Source: Halomicrobium mukohataei DSM 12286 (GTDB lineage: Archaea > Halobacteriota > Halobacteria > Halobacteriales > Haloarculaceae). Taken from it: a stretch of DNA of 32,000 bases. The DNA lies in NCBI RefSeq assembly GCF_000023965.1, contig NC_013202.1:1380001-1412000 (forward strand). Direction: 5' to 3'. The stretch's first letter is position 1; each line of letters starts with the position of its first letter. The notes beneath the pieces were generated by a model, which was not told where the DNA came from, ran no database searches, and worked only from the letters and a program-made list of their open reading frames with translations. A program made the translations under genes and the position numbers. Positions 17,245 to 24,116 of the stretch are shown piece by piece.

Positions 17245-18204
17245 ATGCATAGAATAATCCACCGCCCACTTGAAATCCTCCGTGAAGGCGGTCCGAGAGC
17301 ACTCTTCCGGAAGTCGTGTTCGAAACTCAATAGGCAGTTTTATCGGAACTTCACTACCGGTCATTTCAATTCTTCGGGAACAAGCGTGTTCGAACGGGAC
17401 TGGGACAATCTCCTAATCCTAGATGCTTGTCGGTACGACATCTTCGAAGAAGTGAACTCTTTCCGCGGTGACCTCGAGACACATTGCTCACTCGGATCAT
17501 CGAGTCGTGAGTTCGTCAGGGCGAACTTCGCTGACCGGACACTCCATGACGTTGTTGTCGTATCAGCCAATGGATGGTATAAAAAAATATCCGACACCTC
17601 TGGAAAAATAAATGTTGATGTTCACGATCTGATTGTCGTAGATAACAAAAGCGTAGAGTCCCACAAGTCTGATATTGACACGGTGCGACCGGATCGTGAA
17701 TGGATTCTCCCCGAAGCAGTTACAAATGAAGCCTGCGATGCCATCGAACGATATCCGAACAAACGTATTATAGTCCACTATCACCAGCCCCATACGCCGT
17801 ACATCGGACCGACAGGCAAGGAGTACGCAGGGGAGCTACCGCAGAAGTTTGACGGCAAAGAGGAGTTACGGACATCCCATGAGATTCTCCGCAGAGCGTA
17901 TCGAGAAAACTTAGAGATTGTTCTGGAGGAAGTCGGAGGTCTCTATCCAGAACTGACCGGGAAAACGGTCATCTCCGCAGATCACGGCGATCTACTTGGG
18001 GAACGTGGGTTTCCGATTCCTGTCCGGGAATACGGGCACCCCTCCCAGGCGTATCGTGAGGAACTCGTCCGAGTCCCCTGGTTCAACTTACCATTCGATG
18101 AGCGAAAAGAGATTATAGCGGAGTCACCATCGGATAATAGGAAAAACGATCTCTCCATTGACGAGGTCAATGAACGACTGAAGAAACTGGGATACAAGAT
18201 TTGA
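17245..18204 (+). CDS. Uncharacterised cytoplasmic alkaline-phosphatase-superfamily (sulfatase/PglZ-like) protein, paralogue 1
   Basis: RDWDNLLILDACRYD (metal-ligand Asp region), SLGSSSREFV (candidate nucleophile segment), HYHQPHTPYIGPTG, SADHGDLLGE and VPWF. No TM segment. The AT-rich box TTTTAAAAAATAT (about 17216-17230) lies 15-29 nt upstream of the ATG. Confidence 0.55.
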   Translation: MHRIIHRPLEILREGGPRALFRKSCSKLNRQFYRNFTTGHFNSSGTSVFERDWDNLLILDACRYDIFEEVNSFRGDLETHCSLGSSSREFVRANFADRTLHDVVVVSANGWYKKISDTSGKINVDVHDLIVVDNKSVESHKSDIDTVRPDREWILPEAVTNEACDAIERYPNKRIIVHYHQPHTPYIGPTGKEYAGELPQKFDGKEELRTSHEILRRAYRENLEIVLEEVGGLYPELTGKTVISADHGDLLGERGFPIPVREYGHPSQAYREELVRVPWFNLPFDERKEIIAESPSDNRKNDLSIDEVNERLKKLGYKI

Positions 18205-18224
18205 GGAGGACTCGTTCCGGTTGT

Positions 18225-19451
18225 ATGATCGAAACACTTGAAAGCGCGGTTAATCGAAAAAGCACCCGTCAGGAGCGGTGGATATTCTATTCAATTATTG
18301 TGATTAGCGTCCTCTCGTCCTCGGTGATTCTCCCAAGGCTGGCCGGTATCGTGCTTCTCGTTGGCACGTATGCCGTGTTTATCCTGATAACCTTCTCTCG
18401 ACGGGGATACTTCCTGATAGGTCCTCACTACGCCTTTTTTGCACTAGCTTTGCTATCGTCTTTAATGGTCTTGAACCACGTGATGGGAAAGGTCGGAGAT
18501 ATCACTCACGTTCTTTTCCCGGCAGTCACGGTCTTTCTATTGGTTGCGAATCTATTCGTCATCCCTCACGTGATCAATAGCGAGTACTTTGCTTTCATCA
18601 CCAGCCGCGTCTCTGCTGTCGTCGTTATCGTTGGTTTACTGATGCTTGTTTTTGGTGACATCAGTTTACTCTGGTTTGAACTTCAAAACTGGCCGGGCAC
18701 TGACCAAGTGTATTATTTCGGGGAGCTTCACCCATTGCGGTCGATCTATCGTGGAAGCCAGAACAACACAGCTGTCCTGTTATTCGTGGGGTTCCTGGCG
18801 TCAATCTATCAACTTGTCCAAGAGAAAACCTCTGTGTACATCGCGTTATCGGTGATAAACGGCGTCGGGTTGTATCTAACCCACAGTCGTGGCGGAATCG
18901 GCGTAGCCCTGATCGGTTTTTCCCTCATTTTTCTGTATTTAGTGTATAGGTACGAGGCCGTAGGGGTAGTCACCATATCGGGGGGAGTGCTATTCTTGGC
19001 AGGTATATTGACGTATTCCAGTATCTTCCCCGGGCCGAGCTGGTTCGACGTCGTGAATTTGAATGACCGACAGGAGATCTGGCGTGCGGGATACAAAGCC
19101 TTCAAGCAAAAGCCTGCTCTAGGATACGGGGTGAAAGAGACGGCTGATATTATAGAACTGTATCTTCCTGAAAACAAGCGAGGGCACTCCATTCACAATG
19201 CCTATTTTCGAATATTTTTATATACTGGATTTATTGGGGGTATAACATATATGGCCTTTATTTTCTACAGCCTCATAGATACTGTTTTTGACGATAGAAT
19301 CAATATCTTTATTTTCGCCCTCGCTGTAGCATTTGCGGTTCATCACTTTCAAGGGGGAGCACCGCTCTTTGGAGCAAATTTCAAATCTGTCAGTATCGGA
19401 CTAACCTTTGGGTACCTCATAAACGGTCGATACGACTTCTCCGAGGGCTGA
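18225..19451 (+). CDS. Wzy_C / O-antigen-ligase-family polytopic membrane protein (polymerase, ligase or O-oligosaccharyltransferase-like)
   Basis: About 10 hydrophobic segments. LYLTHSRGGIGVALIGF and the loop EIWRAGYKAFKQKPALGYGV...GHSIHNAYFRIFLYTGFIGG are Wzy_C hallmarks. ATG 18225 is preceded by GGAGGA (18205-18210). Very AT-rich. Confidence 0.75.
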   Translation: MIETLESAVNRKSTRQERWIFYSIIVISVLSSSVILPRLAGIVLLVGTYAVFILITFSRRGYFLIGPHYAFFALALLSSLMVLNHVMGKVGDITHVLFPAVTVFLLVANLFVIPHVINSEYFAFITSRVSAVVVIVGLLMLVFGDISLLWFELQNWPGTDQVYYFGELHPLRSIYRGSQNNTAVLLFVGFLASIYQLVQEKTSVYIALSVINGVGLYLTHSRGGIGVALIGFSLIFLYLVYRYEAVGVVTISGGVLFLAGILTYSSIFPGPSWFDVVNLNDRQEIWRAGYKAFKQKPALGYGVKETADIIELYLPENKRGHSIHNAYFRIFLYTGFIGGITYMAFIFYSLIDTVFDDRINIFIFALAVAFAVHHFQGGAPLFGANFKSVSIGLTFGYLINGRYDFSEG

Positions 19452-19586
19452 GAGCAACAATATGAACGCTCGTATTGGATTCGGACGTTCGATCTATTCT
19501 GGACTCGTCAAGCTTTTAGCCGATTTTTCAAGACAACTTCACTAGAACCGATAGATACTTATTCACCCCTCGAAAACTCCTGCGAA

Positions 19587-20570
19587 GTGACAGAACTGCT
19601 GAAAAAAGCGAAAAATGCGTATCACCGCGAAGGTCCTACAGGAATTGTCAACGGAGGCTTAGATTTACTTCTAAGCACGTCGACATCCGCGTATTGCAAG
19701 AAGAAATCTATCGAGCAGAACTGGTATATAAAAAGATTGAATGAAAAAGGTCTCGGGACCCCACTCAATCGTTCCATCTTGACCCGGAAGAAGTCCAGCA
19801 ACACGGTTTTTATCCTCGGTTCTGGAAGCTCAATAAATAGGATATCCGAAGAAGAATGGGATGTAATCGACAATCACGATTCGATGGGGCTGAATCGTTG
19901 GCCTATCCACGATTTCTCACCTACCTATCTGGTTTTTGAGATACCTTCATTGAATGCAGGTCAAGAGATAAGAAAACAGTATTGGGAGTTATTAGATATG
20001 AAAAAAAGAGACTACGAGGAGACACAGCTGATTCTTAAAGATGTGGACCGGTTCTTTCATACATCTTCTGTAGATGCAGTTCCGGATTGGTTCACTACGG
20101 GGATTATGTTGTCTCCTGACATCGAACTTCCTCCCTTGTTTGGAGATTCCAGAGAGCGATTTCGAACCGTATTGCGGTACCTGGACAACCAGAATTACCT
20201 CACCCAAGATGGCCGAATTAATCAATTATTCAAGAAACGGGGTTCGGTCAGCTACACACTCTTTCTCGCCACGGTTCTAGGATACGACCGAATCGTTCTA
20301 TGTGGTGTCGACATGGTGGACTCGAAGTATTTTTGGGACGAGCGGAGAGGTCAACTGAACGAAGAAGATATTCCTATCCCGGAGCCGAACATGGAACGGA
20401 ACCCCGAGGAAGTTCACAAGACGAACGACGCTTCAAGACAAGGAATCCCCCTCGAACAGATCATCTACGATATCGACGAAGAACTATTACGTCCGAACGG
20501 GATCGAATTGTATACCGAAACGAAACGCTCTGCACTTCATCCAAAGGTACCCCACTTCGAAGTCCAGTAG
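19587..20570 (+). CDS. Putative nonulosonic-acid (sialyl-type) transferase, Cst-II (GT42)/DUF115 (Maf/MptE)-like
   Basis: VFILGSGSSINRISEEEWDVIDNHDSMGLNRW parallels the GNGPS nucleotide-sugar-binding start of Cst-II/Maf proteins. SYTLFLATVLGYDRIVLCGVDMVDSKYFWD parallels the G-x-D segment. GTG start; no alternative in-frame ATG nearby. Confidence 0.45.
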   Translation: MTELLKKAKNAYHREGPTGIVNGGLDLLLSTSTSAYCKKKSIEQNWYIKRLNEKGLGTPLNRSILTRKKSSNTVFILGSGSSINRISEEEWDVIDNHDSMGLNRWPIHDFSPTYLVFEIPSLNAGQEIRKQYWELLDMKKRDYEETQLILKDVDRFFHTSSVDAVPDWFTTGIMLSPDIELPPLFGDSRERFRTVLRYLDNQNYLTQDGRINQLFKKRGSVSYTLFLATVLGYDRIVLCGVDMVDSKYFWDERRGQLNEEDIPIPEPNMERNPEEVHKTNDASRQGIPLEQIIYDIDEELLRPNGIELYTETKRSALHPKVPHFEVQ

Positions 20571-20700
20571 CCCAACGAGTCAGAAGAGTCGGTTCCAGGC
20601 GCGAATCTTAAATTGGAGAACTCCCTTAGCTGGGATAACGCTTGAGTTTATGGCTTTCCGTCCTGTTGTTGACCGGCTATATTGTCTGACGCCGTTAACA

Positions 20701-21709
20701 CCGGTTCGCTCTTGCGAAGGAGATTGTTGATAGCGATGGCTGGAGCTGAAAGTCGAAGAGGGCAAGGGCACCGCGCTAGCGGTGCCCGATATGTTCCCAA
20801 TAAGCCGGTTCGTGTCGGAATCGGCTGCAGCGGACCTGCTGGAACAGGTTCGCTGGCGTGATGGCGTCGAGTGCCCCCGCTGCCGTTCTGACCTGACGGT
20901 CAGAAACGGCAGCTACCGGGTGTATCAACGGTATCTGTGTAAGAATTGCGGTCGCACGTTCAACGACAAGACCGACACGATCTTCGCTCACTCGAAGCTG
21001 AAGCTCAAAGAATGGTACTTCACGATCTACGTGTTCTTACGGTTCAACACGAGTATTCGGCAAATCGAGGCAGAGCTTGATTGTTCCTACCGGACGGTGA
21101 GACGGCACGTCGAGCAGTTCGCCAGAACTCTCGACGCGCCTTCGATTACGCTGTCTGGACCGGTCGAAATCGACGAAGTGTACGTCTCTGCTGGTCTCAA
21201 AGGCCGCGAGCGTGACCAGGAGTCGCGCTCGCGTGGCCTGTCCACGCGTGGACGGGGATCGTACGACGGCGACAAACCGCCGGTGTTCACGCTCGTCGAT
21301 CGTGGTTCGGACGAGCGGTACGTCGTGCCAGCGAAATCCGCTGACGAATCGACCGTTCGACTCCTGCTTGCTGACCACGAAGAGGAGTCACTGACCGTCT
21401 ATACGGACGGATTTCGGGCCTACGACCCACTAGAAGACGACGACTCATTCACCCGCAAATACGTCGTCCACAGCGACGGTGAATACGCTGATGGCGAAGT
21501 ACACGTCAACGGCTGCGAGAGCCACGCGTCGCTGACGCGACGGTGGCTCTCGCCCCATCGAGGCGTCTCGAAAGACAAGCTAACGCCGTATCTCAGAGCC
21601 TTCGAACTCCGCCGTGAACTCTACAGAAAACCAGGTGACGAAGCACTCAAACATGCTCTCAACGCCGCACTCTGAAAATCAACAACGTGCTTCACAAGAG
21701 CGACACCGG
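20701..21709 (+). mobile_element. IS1595-family insertion sequence (about 1.0 kb)
   Basis: Imperfect terminal IRs of about 33 bp: CCGGTTCGCTCTTGCGAAGGAGATTGTTGAT (20701-) versus the reverse complement of 21677-21709, CCGGTGTCGCTCTTGTGAAGCACGTTGTTGAT. Single transposase gene. No clear target duplication. Confidence 0.75.
20791..21675 (+). CDS. IS1595-family transposase (N-terminal zinc ribbon + ISXO2-like DDE domain)
   Basis: LEQVRWRDGVECPRCRSDLTVRNGSYRVYQRYLCKNCGRTFNDKTDTIF (Zn ribbon), and VEIDEVYVSAGLKGRERD...TVYTDGFRAYD. ATG 20791; the tracked GTG 20782 is the alternative. Confidence 0.9.
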   Translation: MFPISRFVSESAAADLLEQVRWRDGVECPRCRSDLTVRNGSYRVYQRYLCKNCGRTFNDKTDTIFAHSKLKLKEWYFTIYVFLRFNTSIRQIEAELDCSYRTVRRHVEQFARTLDAPSITLSGPVEIDEVYVSAGLKGRERDQESRSRGLSTRGRGSYDGDKPPVFTLVDRGSDERYVVPAKSADESTVRLLLADHEEESLTVYTDGFRAYDPLEDDDSFTRKYVVHSDGEYADGEVHVNGCESHASLTRRWLSPHRGVSKDKLTPYLRAFELRRELYRKPGDEALKHALNAAL

Positions 21710-22436
21710 TTTGATGTCTTTCCCTACAGATGCTGATCTTGAATACGGCATTCAATTCCTAGCGGCCTCAGGGAGTCCTGCGACCGCAGCAACCCCAAAA
21801 TTTCATAACCAAATTCTCGAAAGCCTTCGAAACTGCTGTAACTTTGTCCACCGGGGTGCTTCCGTAGTCTGGGAATGAGTGTCGGTAGGGTCTGATACGT
21901 TCTCCAAATCGAACTAAGCATTGCTGGGCGAATACGTCTTCGGTGAGAGATCAAGACGTTCCTGTCGAGGAGGGGCAGCACGGGTCAAGAAACGGGCCAA
22001 CCTTGACTACCGAAAAGAGAGAATAGTGGAAGCGATAACCTCCCCAAAATGCCGAAATATAACCCTCCCCAATATGCATAAGAATCTCACAAGGAGATAG
22101 AGTTGCTGGCCTATCGGAGTGGAACATCGAATGCGTGATATCGACTGTAAATTCTCGAATTCACCGATTTGGGCCTGGACACTCGATGCGTATAATGTTA
22201 CGTACGTCACTCATTCAATTTACCACCATGTCTTGAGGGCACTCAGTTTGGTATCCATGGCTGCGGGCTCTTCGTGGAGAAGCCGTTATTAGACAGATTC
22301 AATAGTAGACAAACTCCTCACAGCGACTATCGGAGCTTAATGACATAAATCGGTATCACAGCCGATATAGGCCTGGGCAGGCAACGGACGAGCGTTGAAG
22401 TAACATTAACAACCCACCATCCCGTCTCCAAATACT

Positions 22437-23366
22437 ATGTATTCAATAGAGCAAGTAAAAGAGGGTGTAAAAAGCCCCTCGTTGTTTAAAAGGGGGATGA
22501 TCAATATATGTTGGCGTGGCATATCAACGGTATCAAGAAAGATGCTCGGACAAAATGATCCTCCGATCCCCGAACGGGACTGGGACAATTTGCTCCTCCT
22601 GGATGCCTGTCGATACGATCTCTTCGAAGAACTCAATTCGCTTCCGGGCGAACTCAACTCCTACTATTCTGTTGCGTCCAACACGACTGAGTACGTCCAG
22701 AGGACGTTCAATGGGAATGAATTCCCGGACATCGTCTGCGTCACATCAACTCCGAAGTACTACAAGCCGAATGTCGAAGACAGTTTTCACGACATCATCC
22801 ATGTCTGGAGGGAAGATTGGAATACAGAACTTGGGACGATTACTGCAGAGACGATGAACAAGCACGTCCTCCAAGCGATTGACGAGTACCCGAGTAAGCG
22901 GATTCTCGCACATTACATCCCTCCACACCAGCCTTTTATTGGACCAACCGGCCAAGAAATTCCTCACGAGGTTAGATTCTCCGGGGACGTCATCGCTCAG
23001 GACACGGAAGCACCGAACCTGTGGGGGAGCATTCGAAACGGAGAAATTGAGCCGGACCGAGTCAGGCAAGCCTACCGGGAGAACCTCGAACTGACCCTCC
23101 CAGCGATTGAGGAGATCCTTGACGAACTTCCTGGGAAGACCGTTGTAACGTCCGACCACGGTAATGTGTTCGGATCATTCAACGAGTGGGGCGTCGTCGG
23201 GCATCCGCCATATCGTCACATTGAACCGTTAATCAAAGTGCCGTGGCTCGTTCACTCCAATGGAGACCGGAAGGATATCTACGAAGGATCAATCGACAGA
23301 GACAACACGGATATAAACCACGAACTCGTGGAAGAGCGACTCGGGGATCTCGGCTACCTCGAATAG
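22437..23366 (+). CDS. Uncharacterised cytoplasmic alkaline-phosphatase-superfamily protein, paralogue 2
   Basis: Collinear with 17245-18204: RDWDNLLLLDACRYDLFEE, SVASNTTEYV, HYIPPHQPFIGPTG, AYRENLELT, TSDHGNVFG, VPWLV and ERLGDLGY. Confidence 0.55.
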   Translation: MYSIEQVKEGVKSPSLFKRGMINICWRGISTVSRKMLGQNDPPIPERDWDNLLLLDACRYDLFEELNSLPGELNSYYSVASNTTEYVQRTFNGNEFPDIVCVTSTPKYYKPNVEDSFHDIIHVWREDWNTELGTITAETMNKHVLQAIDEYPSKRILAHYIPPHQPFIGPTGQEIPHEVRFSGDVIAQDTEAPNLWGSIRNGEIEPDRVRQAYRENLELTLPAIEEILDELPGKTVVTSDHGNVFGSFNEWGVVGHPPYRHIEPLIKVPWLVHSNGDRKDIYEGSIDRDNTDINHELVEERLGDLGYLE

Positions 23367-24116
23367 CCGCTCAAGTAGACGAGGAAGAGCCAGATTCTGA
23401 ATTGGCTACTCATCCTCGTTCTGACCGGCAAGCCCGGTACCCCCACATGAACGCCTCGGGTCCCGTTTCGTACATCGAGGGGTGGCATGCGTTGCAAGCG
23501 TAGTCATCGCCCATCGTCTCCGACATGTGATCACGAAGTTCGTCAACTAATATTTCCGACGTTCGAGCGAAGTGCCGACCGGATCCACTAACAGGGAGAG
23601 GAGGAGCAAGTCATGGTGGCCGTAGTTCAGGCTTAGACAACGCACTGGCGGAACGGTTGAGGGCTCTGAAACCGCCTGAATCGATGGTTCAGTGCTTGCT
23701 AACCAAGCGACCAGTATGAGCGTGTTAGCAGTTAGGAACAATCCTCAACGAGACGAATAATTCGATATAAAAATATAATTTATTATAATATCGGGAAGAT
23801 TAGAATGGGAGAATCGACGAGACACTGATTCCCGATCAAACCCTCAAACACAGTCATGCTCGCTCTGTTGTTCATCTAGATGCTCAGCCTCGTCCTCACT
23901 CGGCAGAAGACGCTGTCGGCCATCCCAGCACCAATTCTCTTTGCTTGGATCGTCGCACCAGACAGATTTCGCGCCGACTGGATACTCACAGAACTCGCTG
24001 AAAATCGCTTCGGCAGACTTGCGAAGACATTCTTCGAGCTACTATAGATTCCAAAAAAGGCCGATAATTCCATTGGGAGTCGGTGACTTTATTCTGGCTA
24101 CCGAACACCACCGCAT

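Noticed and set aside
21711-22436. Small ORFs between the IS1595 element and paralogue 2 (21687-21878+, 21724-21981-, 22007-22210-)
   Set aside because: They have no motifs, mixed composition, no promoter spacing and no continuity with the sequence left of the IS (20571-20700). I could not show a gene disrupted by the insertion, so I treat the region as non-coding or decayed DNA.
23755-23792. Stretch of about 40 nt that is almost pure A/T (TAATTCGATATAAAAATATAATTTATTATAATAT), considered as a replication-origin unwinding element
   Set aside because: I could find no flanking ORB-like repeats and no orc/cdc6 gene in the window. It is more likely promoter/spacer DNA at the edge of the AT-rich cassette.
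23844-24042. 66-codon open frame on the minus strand (LEECLRKSAEAIFSEFCEYPVGAKSVWCDDPSKENWCWDGRQRLLPSEDEAEHLDEQQSEHDCV)
   Set aside because: It looks protein-like (acidic tail, spaced Cys/Trp) but contains no ATG/GTG/TTG codon and is preceded by TAG TAG. At best it is a 5'-truncated gene remnant. The tracked ORF 23876-24073 is in another frame and featureless.
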